A DNA stretch of 64,000 bases from Felis catus (lineage: Eukaryota). The stretch covers positions 159,342,001 to 159,406,000 of the forward strand of contig NC_058368.1 in NCBI RefSeq assembly GCF_018350175.1, in the 5' to 3' direction. The translations under genes and the position numbers were made by a program. This document shows positions 1 through 11,904 of this stretch, one piece after another (the first letter of the stretch is position 1; the number at the start of each line of letters is the position of its first letter). The notes beneath the pieces were generated by a model. That model made no database searches. It had not been told where the DNA came from and worked only from the letters and a program-made list of their open reading frames with translations.

Positions 1-30
1 GATATAACAATCAAAACATCTGAGCCAACG

Positions 31-243
31 TTTTTTTTTTTTATTTTTTTTCTAATGTTTATTTATTTCTGAGAGACAGAGTGCGAGCAAGGGAGGGACA
101 GAGAGAGAGGTACAGAATCCAAAGCAGGCTCCAGGCTCTGAGCTGTCAGCACAGAACCTGACGCGGGGCTTGGACCCACAAAGCACAAGATCATGACCTG
201 AGCCGTAGTCGGTACTAAACCCACTGAGCCACCCAGGCACCCC
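31..243 (-). mobile_element. Can-SINE (SINEC, felid type)
   Basis: Reverse complement reads GGGGTGCCTGGGTGGCTCAG...(CT)n...AATAAA-polyA. TSD tgagccaacgtt / tgcgccaacatt. Confidence 0.95.
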
Positions 244-659
244 TGCGCCAACATTTCTTTACAGGAGAGAATTGTCTATCAGAGGCAGGCTAGGGGGCCA
301 GGATACTAAGCGATCCTGTACCCACCAATGCACAACTGTCTGATCAGGCATGTCCACCTCACCCAAAGAGAGCTAATTCACACAGCTCTTGGCATGACAT
401 AGAAATTACTGAACTAGAAAATTTGAGTTTAAAAGAATAGAGAGATTTAAGGGAATCGAAGTCAAGAAGTAAGAAGAGGATTTAGGGGTAGGATGGACAC
501 AAGGTAACTAATATTCAGAAGGAGAACCTACTTTTAAACTAAACTTTTAGTTAGAGATAGTACGTGTAATGTAAAAGGAAAAAAATTAAACAGGTAAAGA
601 AGGAAACTCTGCAAAGTTACAGAGAATAGCTGAATAGGGCTAATGGCACTGAAAGTGAA

Positions 660-800
660 GGTGATGGAGCTCTTAGGTACATAGTGCATATTATGAAACC
701 TGGCTACATGCTATTTCCTGTTGTGTTAGTCTTGGAAATTTGTGATTTCCATGCCCTTTGTTTGCTAGGAATGAGAATATAATATGTCCTACATAATTTG
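660..800 (+). mobile_element. MIR fragment
   Basis: Degenerate MIR core (cctggctac...gtcttggaaatt...aatgagaatataatatgtcctac). Confidence 0.45.
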
Positions 801-982
801 AGGTAATTTTGGTTCTTTGAATATGAGTCTGTCAGAAGAAATATTTAAGAAATGGAGTGGTTAGAATCTTCCATTGATACTATGATGTCAGTAGACAAAA
901 TTAGGGGTGGTGAGATATTGCTTCATTTTTTCTATTCCACACTGTCAGTTTTATGTTTTCACCTTCTGCATTCTTTAAACTT

Positions 983-2557
983 AATTTTTCATTGAAGTGT
1001 AGTTGACATACACTGTTACATTAGTCACAGGTGTACAATATGGTGATTTAACAAGTCTATATGTTATGCTATGCTCACCACAAGTGTAGCTACCATCTGT
1101 CACCATATAACACTATCACAATTCTATTGATTATATTTTCTATTCTGTAATTTTTATTCCCATGACTTATTCATTCCATATCTCCCACTCCCTTTCACCT
1201 ATTTTCCCCATCTCCCTACTTCCTCCAATCTGGCAACTGTCACTTCTCTATATTTATGAGTGTTTATCTTCTTTTTGTTTGTTTATTTGTTTTATTTTTT
1301 GGATTGCACATATAAGTGAAATATTATGGTATTTTTCTCTATCTGATTTATTTCACTTATGTCACAAATGTCAAGATCTCATTTTTGTGACTAATATTCC
1401 ATTGTGTGGAATATACATATATTATGTATATATATGTATATATACATATACACACATACATAATATGTATCACATTTCATTACTCAATTATTTGTTAATG
1501 AACACTTGGGTTGCTTCCATATCTTGGCTATTATAAATAGTGTTGCAGTAAACACAGGGGTGCATATAGCTTTTCAAACTGGTGTTTTCATTTTATTTGA
1601 GTAAATACCCAGTAGTGGAATTACTAGATCATAGAGTATTTCTGTTTTTAGTTTTTTTGGTTTTTTTTTTGGCATCTCCATACTCTTTTCCATAGTGGCT
1701 GCATCAATTTACATTCCCACCAATGGTACATGAGAGATACTTTTTCTCCACATTCTCACCAAGCCTTGCTATTGTTTGTCTTTTTAATTATAGCCATTCT
1801 AATTTGAACAAACCAATCGACAAACATATTCCCTAAGCTTGATTGGCCATCTGTATATCTTCTTTGGAAAAATGTGCATTCGAGTCCTCTGTTCATTTTT
1901 TTAAATTGGATTATTTTTTTAGTGTTGAATTATATAAGTTCTTTATATATTTTGGATATTACCCCTTATCAGATATATCACTTGCAAATATTTTTTCTGT
2001 TCACAGTGGGTAATTTCTGTTCGTCTGTATTCATTAACTTCATTTTTTGTCATCTCTTATTTACTATTGAGCTCATCTGTAAGTTTTTAATTTTGGTTAT
2101 TGATATTTTTTCACTTCTGAGATTTGAATTTGGTTCTCTTTTTATATCTTCTGTTTCCTTCTGAGATTTTCTATATTTAGCGATAGCATTTGAGCACATT
2201 TTATCAGCAAGCAACAGTTTCAGTTAATAAATAAGGTTTCAAAAATCACATAAGAGTTGATTTAAACTTGCTGAATATAAACATTGAACTTCAAGTCACT
2301 GTAGCTTTATTAATTGCTTGTTGTATTAGGTTAGATGCTAGCACCGCATGTGCTGTCCATGTTCTGATTTTATTTAGAAAAAGTTGAACTGCAAAAAAGA
2401 AAAAAACCCTCCTATTCAGTAGGTTACCTTTTAGTTTTGTTGATGGTTTCCTTTGATGTGCAAAAGATTTTTGTTTTGGTGTTGTGTCAATAGTTTACTT
2501 TTGCTTTTGTTTCCCTTGTCTGAGAAGACATGTCTAGAAAAATGTTGTTAAGGCCCC
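983..2557 (-). mobile_element. L1 3' part (L1MA-like), 5'-truncated, carrying two nested insertions
   Basis: Antisense L1 3'UTR and ORF2 C-terminus (antisense translation includes FLDMSSQTRETKAKVNY). Degenerate TSD ttctgcattcttt (~964) / ttctgcattttt (~2561). Confidence 0.92.
2004..2406 (+). pseudogene. 5'-truncated processed retrocopy of an mRNA 3'UTR, inserted in L1
   Basis: Interrupts the L1 motif gcaaatat..ttctcccattcagtagg. Ends in a degenerate polyA-signal region (ttttatttagaaaaagttgaactgc) and an A-tail at 2392-2406. Parent gene not verified. Confidence 0.6.
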
Positions 2558-2659
2558 CATTTTCTGCATTTTTAATTGCACGTTCATATGCAACTTGGAC
2601 CAATGCCATACTTCTATTATTTTGACATGAGATCAAGGATGAGCTGCTCATATTATCAC

Positions 2660-2885
2660 TGCCAGAATAGAACTCTAGACTTATTTTTCTGTCACTCAAA
2701 TTTGAACACAAGAGAATCTGAGTTCAAATTTGAGGTCTGTGTCTTAAAACTCTTTGATTTATGGCTACCTCCCCATCTGAAAAATGGGTATAGTTAATAT
2801 CTTGTATCTTTCATTTTGTTTTTGAGGGTCAATAGCTGCAACGTGGCACTTGCTAGATATTCAATGCATTGTAGGTATTATTAGT
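2660..2885 (+). mobile_element. MIR fragment
   Basis: gaatctgagttcaaattt...ccccatctgaaaaatgggtata...ggcacttgc...ttcaatgcattgtaggtattatt resembles the MIR core and tail. Confidence 0.6.
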
Positions 2886-3211
2886 AACTAGAAAGAATTT
2901 AATTCCTGTCAGGTCTCCAACGTTCTAAAGAAGGAAAGAGATGAAGAATGGTGGGTGACAGATTCTCATTCTGCAGGGAAATCAAATGAAATTAGTACTG
3001 GGGAGAAAAACTTTCACTATATCTCAGGAAAACTAGAGAAGATTTTTTTTTAGTTTGTAAAGAGGAATTCTTAATATTCATACTCTGAGAATAAAGCATT
3101 TATCATGTTTTAGTGTGGAATTGCCTATATTTCAGACTCTAGACAATCCAACAAAGTTTTTCCTAACACGTGGTTTACTCAAGAGTTGAAGTTTTAAAAA
3201 ATTTCTAAAGA

Positions 3212-3409
3212 GGGGCACCTGGGTGGCTCAGTGGGTTAAACATCCAACTCTTGATCTCAGCTCAGGTCATGATCTCATTATTTATGAGATCAAGCCCTAC
3301 ATCAAGCCTGGTTAGGACTCTCTCTTTCCATTTCTATCTGCCCCTCCCCTGCTCATGTGCTCTCACTCACTCTTTCTTTCTCAAAATAAAGAAAGAAACT
3401 TTAAAAAAA
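3212..3409 (+). mobile_element. Can-SINE (SINEC)
   Basis: GGGGCACCTGGGTGGCTCAG head, CT tract, A-rich tail. Confidence 0.95.
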
Positions 3410-3734
3410 ATCCAGGGAAATAAAATTAACTTTTAACCTCCTGAATGTCACATAATTTCTGTAGAGGCAAAAATTATTTAACTCAGCACTTAAGTAATTG
3501 GTTTCTTCTTGAAGAGCTTAGAATGAATTCATTAAAGAATATAAAATTTTAAAAGTATTTTCAGCTGTCATATTTTAAATATGTAGAATAGAAATAAGCA
3601 ACATCTATGGAATATGTTATCTTCATCAGTTGATTCAACTTGCTAATTATTCAGGGAGGTATTATTCAAAATGTTGTACTTTTAAGATTTCCTAATAAGC
3701 AGCTTCTGTACACACATAAATTATTGCTTTATAT

Positions 3735-4060
3735 ATAAGATTTTCCTTCAGAGCCAAAACACTCAAAAATTTCAGTTGTATTTCTTAATGCTGATATCTT
3801 CATTTGAACAAACCAATCAACAAACATATTCTATAAGCTTGATAACGAACCTAATCATAAGGTTTGGCCACACATTTGCCTATCTTCATTAATAAAATCT
3901 ACTCAAAAGAGAAGTAGGTACCAATCGTGAGACTATTTAGAAGTGTATGACATGTTCTAAAAAATCTTTCTAAAGATGAATTCAACAATATTTTGATCAG
4001 TGGAAATGCCATTGGGATGAATCCTTACAAAATGACAACTTTGAGGGAGATGATATCCAT
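3735..4060 (+). mobile_element. Ancient mariner transposase fossil (MARNA-like)
   Basis: With one frameshift, ~3957-4052 translates LKNLSKDEF..FDQWKCHWDESLQNDNFEGD, resembling the mariner C-terminal F..W..RW.KC...GDYFEGD motif. Confidence 0.7.
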
Positions 4061-4537
4061 TTTGACAAAGAAATACTAATATGTTTGTTTAAATGGTAAC
4101 TTTCCTTTGCACCCACAGTTCATATTGATTGGCAACATCTTTTTTCCATTTCCCTGGTCAATATGACTTCTCAGGACACCCATGGTTTTTCAAGATTCTT
4201 TGTTCTCTTGTTGTTGTTTGAATCAAACATTTGAGGGTAAAGAAGCCTGATAAATTGCAATTAGATTATGGCATGGTATTGGAATATGGTCACAGTATTA
4301 TTACAGTTCTCCTGGTATCTATCTTCTTCTGGATTTCAGTGTAGTTCTTTCATGCTTTCATACCCTCTCCAAATAGTTTGGAGAGGGCTGGTATAATTTC
4401 TGATCACAAATATAGCTGTCACTTGTGCATTTGAGAGTCTGATATTTTGTTCTGGATTTTCTGGTTTTCCAAAATTTTGATGGGATGGCAGAATCTATGC
4501 AATAAATGTTCCTATTGCTTGAATCACTTAGTTTTAC

Positions 4538-4552
4538 AGTTTATTTCTTTAT

Positions 4553-4621
<69 letters not shown>

Positions 4622-4802
4622 GAGGGGGAGAGAGAGAAGGAACTGCGGAGGGGCAGGTAGAAAGGAAGATAGAGAGAATCCCAAGTAGGCTCTGTGTTGA
4701 GTGCAAAGCCTGACATGGAGCTAAATCTCATGAACAATGAGATTATGACCTGAGCTGAAATCAAGAGTCAGATGTTTAACTGACTGAGCCACCAGCTGCC
4801 CC
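4538..4802 (-). mobile_element. Can-SINE with expanded (GA)n tract
   Basis: SINEC head at the right end, (GA)n at 4555-4620. TSD ttgaatcactta / ttgaattactta. Confidence 0.95.
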
Positions 4803-4979
4803 TTGAATTACTTATTTCTCAATAGAAATAATAAAATTCCAAACAATTCTCTAAACATAGACCCCACCATTCTGATCTGATAATTCCCATTTTTCCTGGC
4901 TGAGCATACTTACTTTCTCTCTTTTTTCATTCCTTCTTCATTTTCTTCCTCTTCACCTTCTCCTCCTTTTCCTCCTCCT

Positions 4980-5120
4980 TTTGGTTTCAACTGAGGTATA
5001 ATTGACATATAACATTATATTCATTTCAAGGATATAGTATACATAAGAATTTTACATTGTATATATTGTGAAAAGATCGCCCCCAAAATCTAGTTAGCGT
5101 ACATCACCAAATGTAGTTAT
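4980..5120 (-). mobile_element. L1 3'-end fragment
   Basis: tgaggtataattgacatataacattatatt...atctagttagcgtacatcacca is an L1MA-type 3' terminus. Confidence 0.7.
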
Positions 5121-6582
5121 TTTTTTCCTCTTCCTGCTTCTTCTCATTTTCTCTCTCTCTCTCTTTAGATTTATGTCACATGGCCAGAGTATTTGCAAGA
5201 GAAAATTAGTATTTAGTTGTTCCAACCAAGTTCGGATTCTCTTGGCAAAAAAGAAGGAAATGGATGTTGAGAAAAATACTGAGTGTGCTACACATTATGT
5301 TCACCATGACTTAATGCCTAGAATAATGCTTAGAACATAGTAAGGGTTCAGGAAATGTTTGTAAATTTTTTAATGTAAATTCTAATAATTTTATATTTTT
5401 TCTGTGACATACTTACAAAGCTAACTTTGTTAAGTAGTAGACAATAAAAAAAAACAGAGAACAAACTAAAACTCTGTGCTGGTGTGGATAAGTTTTTATT
5501 GATTTATTCTACCTTTCTTGATGTGTATTATTTAGCTTAATAGAACTATTACAATATTCAGCCAAACCATTCCTAAATGTTAGCCTTGAATTTCATATGT
5601 CACTGTTTTTATATAATGCTAAGTAAGTAATCTACTATAGGCAATAGAAAGGACGAATAGCTAAAGTATTTCATTGTGCAAACTAAAGAACGAGCAAGAC
5701 TAAGAAGACTGAGAGTGAGGACCAACAGTATTTCAGAATAAAAATATATGTACAAATCTACTGTCCAGAAAAGCAAATTTGGGGTATATTGTACAGTATA
5801 CATAGATGGGTCTATATGTTTCAAATTTTATATATATGAACCATTTACCTAGGAACCTGGTATCTGCAAAGATAGAAAAACAAAAGAAAATGCCAACGGA
5901 ATTAAAATAACTATCTAGAAATCTGTACCTCAGTCTGCCTCACATCTCACTATTGCCTCTAATTATTCCAAAATTGATAAGAAAACTCTTTAATTTTCAA
6001 TACAACATGTCTCTGGCATAATCATAAAGCTGAAAGAGATCTACAAGGAGCAGTAGGCCTGCCCAGCACTCACAGATGACAGAATTATAAATGATTCTAA
6101 ATTTCATTAGGTGGCTGGTATTTAGTAAACAACAGAATTATGATCCATTTCCTTTCCATTAATATTTGCCAAAGGAGAAAAAAGTTGTTATCTTACTCTA
6201 CCCAGAGATCTATTTTCTTATCAATTAGTCATTTTAAAACAACTAATTAAGGCACAAAGCAGTAGTGTTGAATTTTTACTTATGTCTTTTCATGTTGTGC
6301 AGTAGTTAATGATAACAAAATGTCTTGATTTTGCCCAAAGGCAGTTATGTTTGAAAAATATAAGAAAATTTAATTACTATCTCTATTAGAGCTTAGTTAA
6401 ATGAGGATTTAAAAATATAACTTTATCCCTAGCTCACTAGAATATAAAAAAAGAAGAGGATGGAAGCCAGAAACATTTTCTGGGTTAGTTCCTGAAGGGT
6501 AACAGATATCTAGGAATGAATTCTTCAGTATATGTGCTGCCGAAGTGAGCACTCTAGGAATGAATTCTTAAGTATTAATTTT

Positions 6583-7100
6583 GTTATGACCTAGAAATAT
6601 CTGCTTAGTATGGCATGGTCCACGGTCTTTATATCCAGCCTCTACTTTATTAGGGTATGAAAGACAGGAGCAGACTGAGATAGAAGTAGGATAGAATGGG
6701 AGAATTGACCTATTCTACCAACCAAACCCCATTGTCAGCATATATGATTGTCTATAGTGTTGTCCAGGCAAAGAGTCACTAAATAGGTGGAGTCCCATGA
6801 TAAAGTAGGAGAGTGTCGTAAAGGTAGCAGAGAATAGTGAGGACAATAGTGACTTAGTTGATACTTAAGCAGTCATGTTAGGAACAAAATCCTAATAACT
6901 GGACCATGATCCGATTTACTAGAAAGTTTACCTCAGATCTACCCATGGTCTTAGGTATCATAGGTATGGGGAAAGTCACCAGAATGAAAAAGTAGGAAAG
7001 GAGCTATAGATCAAGCATAGTTATATGATCTAAAGCACCAGGTGTAAGCTTCTGTAACCAGGAACAAACACAACTGATCTGAATATGCAAAGGTGATAAG
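6583..7100. mobile_element. Possible ancient LTR fragment
   Basis: Begins TGTTATGACC and has LTR-like composition. Family not determined. Confidence 0.25.
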
Positions 7101-7129
7101 CTGTTGAACATACTCTATACTTCCTCATG

Positions 7130-7520
7130 CCAAATCAAACATACATATAATGCTTTTTGTTGCCATCATTTCCTCTTGAACTACCATCATCTTTCTTCTT
7201 CTCCTCCCCTCCAAACATCTCAATTCATTGAAATCTAACCTTGACTCTAATTTGTACTCACCAGTATCACCAATGCCTTGATAATTCTCATGCCCATTGA
7301 CTTCACTGTTTATACTGAAGCATATGTCATTATAGAATACACTCATCTTATTGAAATTAACTGCTTTCTTAGCATCTGTATACAATTTTTGTCTGGTTTT
7401 CTTTTTATTATCATTATCATTCTTCTTTCATTGGTTCATTTCCTGTATTTGTAACATCTCCCAGGATTTTGATGTTAGCAGTTTCTTTCCCTATAGAATC
7501 TCACTGGGCAAACTTACTTG
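7130..7520 (+). mobile_element. L2 ORF2 (RT region) fragment
   Basis: tcaccaatgcctt...gaagcatatgtcattatagaatacactcatcttattgaaa...ttagcatctgta...tctggttttc resembles the L2 DLSAAFDTVDH region. Confidence 0.55.
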
Positions 7521-7632
7521 TTTTTATTTTATGGAGTAATTTTTATTTGAAATTCTTCCAGTCCTAATTAATTTGAGACAGCAAAAAGACAAGAACTAAT
7601 ACCTGTCAAGTACCCCATATTACAAAATGGGT

Positions 7633-8318
7633 TTTTTTAATTGTTCTTTTTTAATTTAAATTTTAATTAGCATACAGTGCAGTATTGGTTTCAGGAGTAG
7701 ACTTCAGTGATTCATCACTTACATAAAATACCCAGTGCTCATCATAGCAAATGTTCTCTTTAATGCCATCACCCATCTAGGCCATCCCCCACCCACTTCC
7801 CTCCATCAACAGTTTTTTTTTTCTATCTTCAAGAATCTTTTGTGGTTTGTTTCCCTTATTCCTCTCCCCCATTCTCCCCCCCACTCTACCCACCCTCTCT
7901 ACTTTCCATGTGTTGATCTGTTTTGTTTCTTAAATTCCACATATCAGTGAAATCATATGGTATTTGTCTTTCTCTGATTGACTTACTTTGCTTGCATAAT
8001 ATACTGTACCTCCATTCATGTTGTTGCAAATGGCAGTATTTCATTCTTATTTTTTAATTATCTTGTTCTTTTTTAAATGTTTATTTATTTTGAGTGAGAG
8101 GGAGGGACAGCATGAATGGGAGAGGAGCAGAAAGAGAGGGAGACAGAGCATCCCAAGCATGGGGCTCCAACATGGGGCTCAATCTCACAAACCAGAAGAT
8201 CATGATCTGAGACAAAATCAAGAGTAGATTGCTTAATCGGCTGAGTCACCCAGGTGCCTGAAGATTTCATTCTTTTTGATGTCTGAATAATATTCCATTG
8301 GGTATATGTATGTGTGTG

Positions 8319-8352
<34 letters not shown>

Positions 8353-11318
8353 ATAATATTCCATTGTGTATATGTACACACACACACACACACACACACA
8401 CATTCACACCACATCTTCTTTATCCATTAATCAGTCAGTGGAAATGTGGGCTCTCTCTGTAGTTTCACCATTGTTGATAATGCTGCTATAAACATCAGGG
8501 TGCCTGTGCCCTTTTGTATCCTTTGGGTAAATATCCAGTAGTGCAATTGCTGGGTTGTAGGGAAGTTCTATTTTTAGTTTTTTGAAGAACCACCATACTG
8601 TTTCATAGGTGGCTGTACCAGTTTGCATTCCCACCAACAGTGCAAGAGGGTTCCCCTTTCTCTGCATCTTCACCAACACCTGTTGTTTCTTGTGTTGTTA
8701 ATTTTAGCCATTCTAACAGGTGTTAGGTGATATCTCATCATGGTTTTGAATCATATTTCTCTGATGATGAGTGATATTAAATATCCTTTCATGTGTTGGC
8801 TGGCCATTTGGATGACTTCTTAAGAAAAGTGTATATTCATGCCTTCTTCCCATTTCTTACTCGATTATTTGTTTTTTGTGTGTTGAGTTTGAGAAGTTCT
8901 TTATAGATTTTGAATACTAACCCTTTATCAGATATGTCATTTGAAAATATCTTCTCCCATTCTGTATACTGCCTTTTAGCTTGGTTGATTGATTCCTTTG
9001 CTATGCAGAAGATTTTTATCTTGATGAAGTCCCAATAGTTCATTTTTGTTTTTGTTTCCCTGGTGTCCAGCAATGTGTCTAGTAAGAAGCTACTGTGGCT
9101 GAGGTCAAAAATGTTGCTGCCTATATTCTCCTCTAGGAGTTTGATGATTTCCTGTCTCACATTTAGATATTTCATCCATTTTGAATTTATTTTTGTGTAT
9201 GGTGTAAGAAAGTGGCCCAGTTTCACTCTTCTGAATGTTGCTGTCCAGTTTTCCCAATACCAAACCTTTTTCCATTGGATATTCTTTCCTGCCTTGTCAA
9301 AATTACTTGACTATATAGTTGTGGTTACATTTCTGGGTTTTCTATTCCATTCTGTTGATCTATGTGTCTGTTCCTGTGGTCATGATGACTATAGCTTTGT
9401 AATATAGCTTGAAATCTGGAATCGTGATGCCTCCAGTGTTGTTTTTTTCTTTTTCTAGATTACTTTGACTATTTGGGGTCTTTTGTTGTTACATAAAAAA
9501 ATTAGGATTATTTGTTCTAGCTCTGTAAAACTTGCTTGAGGTATTTTGATAGGGATTGCATTAAATGTGTAACTGCTTTGAGTAGTATAGACATTTTAAC
9601 AATGTTTGCTTTTCTAATCCTTGAGCACAGAATGCTTTTCCATTTTCTTTTGTGTTCTCTTCAATTTCTTCCATAAGTGTTCTATAGTTTTCAGAGTATA
9701 GATCTTTTATTTCTTTAGTTAGGTTTATTCGTAGGTATCTAATTGTTTATGGTGTAGTTGCAAATGGAATCGATTCCTTGATTTCTCTTTCTATTGATTT
9801 GTTATTAATATATAGAAATGTGACAGATTTATGCATGTTGATTTTATATCCTTTGGCTTTGCTGAATTCATGTATTAGTCCTAGAAATTTTTTGGTATAG
9901 TCTTTCAGGTTTTCTACATAGAGTATCATGTCATCTGCTTTGACTTCTTCCTTACTGATTTGGATAGCTTCTATTTCTTTTTATTGTCTGATTGCTGAGT
10001 ACTATGTTAAATAGTAATGGTGACAGTGGACATTTTTGTCTTGTTCCTATCAGGGAAAGGTTCTCAGTTTTTCTCCATTGAGGATAATGTTAGCTGTGGG
10101 TCTTTAGTATTTGGCCTTTATGATGTTGAGGTAATTTCCATTTATCTCTACTTTGTTGAGGGTTTTTATCAAGGATAGATATTGCATTTTGTGAAATGCT
10201 TTTTTGGCATCTACTGACATGATCATAGGGTTCTTATTCTTTCTTTTATTAACATGGTGTATCACATTGATTGATTTGCAAATATTGAACCAACTCTGCA
10301 GCCCAGAATAAATCCCATTTTGATCATGGTGAATAATTCTTTCAATGTACTATTGAATTCGATTCGCTAGTATCTTGTTGAGAATTTCTGCCTCCATGTT
10401 CATCAGGGACATTGACCTGCAATTCTCCACAATTTCCGGCCTCCACAAGATGGCCCTATTTTGCTCCATGAAGGCTTTCAATGCGGATGGGTGGGATGAA
10501 TATTGCAACACCCTGCTCTCTAGCCCTGGAGTTGAATGTTTAAGACCACCGCTCTTGAGGGAATCCTCACAGAAGAACAATCAATCACCCCTCTTTTTGT
10601 CCCCAGTTCCCCAGAACCTGTGTTCACCCTGCCCGTGTCTGAGCTTTTATATCTCAGGCACTTAGCTATGTTTCAGAACTCCAAATTTTAGGGACTCCCA
10701 TAGTTTGGACCTATGCTTTTCCTCTGGGGGAGAGCTTCAGATGCATTTGCTGTTTGCTGGCTGTGCAAGGAAAGCAGTTGCATGACTATGCAGTGGTTCG
10801 GAGTTTATGGCAAAAGAGAGCAAAAAGCTGGCATCCTGGCTCATTACCCTCAGCCAGAGTCTCTCCTCCTATGCCTGGGAACAGCACATTGGTTCAGCAC
10901 ATTGGTACCACCATTTCTTCTTGTGACCCAGGGGATCTTCAGTCCACACATCACTCCTGGAACTTTACCCTGCTTCACCACCTGAGTACCTTTAAGCCAG
11001 GCACATCCCCATGGTAGTGGACTTCTAAAAGTTCAGATTTTGTTCTCTACTGCAGATAATACATAGCAGTAGCCTCTATAAGCAGTCTCCCTCCCTCCCA
11101 CCGCACTCACAGTTACATTTCCCCCAAGTCAATTCTCTGCACTTTCTACCTTCCAAAACATGGATGCTTTTCTACTTGCACACTCACAGTTTTTGTTCTT
11201 TCAGAACTGCAATTGATTACTTAGGTGTTCAGAATGATTTGATAATGATCTAGCTGCATTCAAAAGTCAAGAAAAGCCTAGGATCACCCTATACTTCTGC
11301 CATCTTAATTCCTCTCCC
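7633..11318 (-). mobile_element. Carnivore L1 with 5'UTR joined to the ORF2 RT domain (ORF1 and endonuclease missing)
   Basis: PolyT and 3'UTR at 7633+. Antisense ORF2 peptides (HFLTPYTKINSKW, MILYVENLKD, ENCRSMSLMNMEAEILNKILANRIQ). GC-richer 5'UTR at 10428-11318 starts GGGAGAGGAATTAAGATGGCAG on the minus strand. Confidence 0.93.
8050..8259 (-). mobile_element. Can-SINE nested in L1
   Basis: SINEC head at 8240-8259. TSD atttcattctt on both sides. Confidence 0.92.
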
Positions 11319-11904
11319 TTTTCAAAATGAAGTTCTATACCACTTATTTAAAATATGCAATTTTTGTTCAAAAATTTTATTTAAAACTGTTTATCAGCTG
11401 ACCACTTTGCACATATGTGTACATATACATGTTTTTCAATGGAAAGAACACTCATTTGCTAGAACACAAAATATCTGCGGTTTAATCTTGCTTAATCATT
11501 TGGAAAAAAATTTTGGAAAAATTAGTCAACTACTCTTTTCTCTATTGCCCTAATATTACAGTGGAAATAATAATACATTGCCTGCCTTGTAGCACAAATC
11601 TTGGAGAGGCAATATCTTGAAATTTGTCCAAGCCTATAACTACATGATATAAATAGCATTTAGTCTCTGGATGATTTATAGATACAGATAATTTATCAAT
11701 ATACATAATTTATAGATATATCATAGCATTTTTCTACTTGATAAAATCCATAAATGATGGTCACTGTGGCCAAATATTTGAAACCAAGCTATTAAATTTC
11801 TATTCCTTAAGTTCCACAACCTACTTCTCTTTTGGTTCTGAGATTGTCTATTCTACACTTTAAGGGATTCCTTTAAAGGATAATTTCGTAGAACTATCAG
11901 TATT

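Noticed and set aside
4506..4764. ORFs with ERERER, SLSLSL or CVCVCV runs, here and in other SINEs
   Set aside because: They are translations of SINE CT tracts and microsatellites.
6509..6574. Repeat-spacer-repeat as a CRISPR array
   Set aside because: Only two units, mammalian context, and no cas genes.
8431..9929. L1 ORF2 peptides as functional CDS
   Set aside because: Fragmented by stops and frameshifts, so these belong to a dead retrotransposon. The same applies to 59447-63057.
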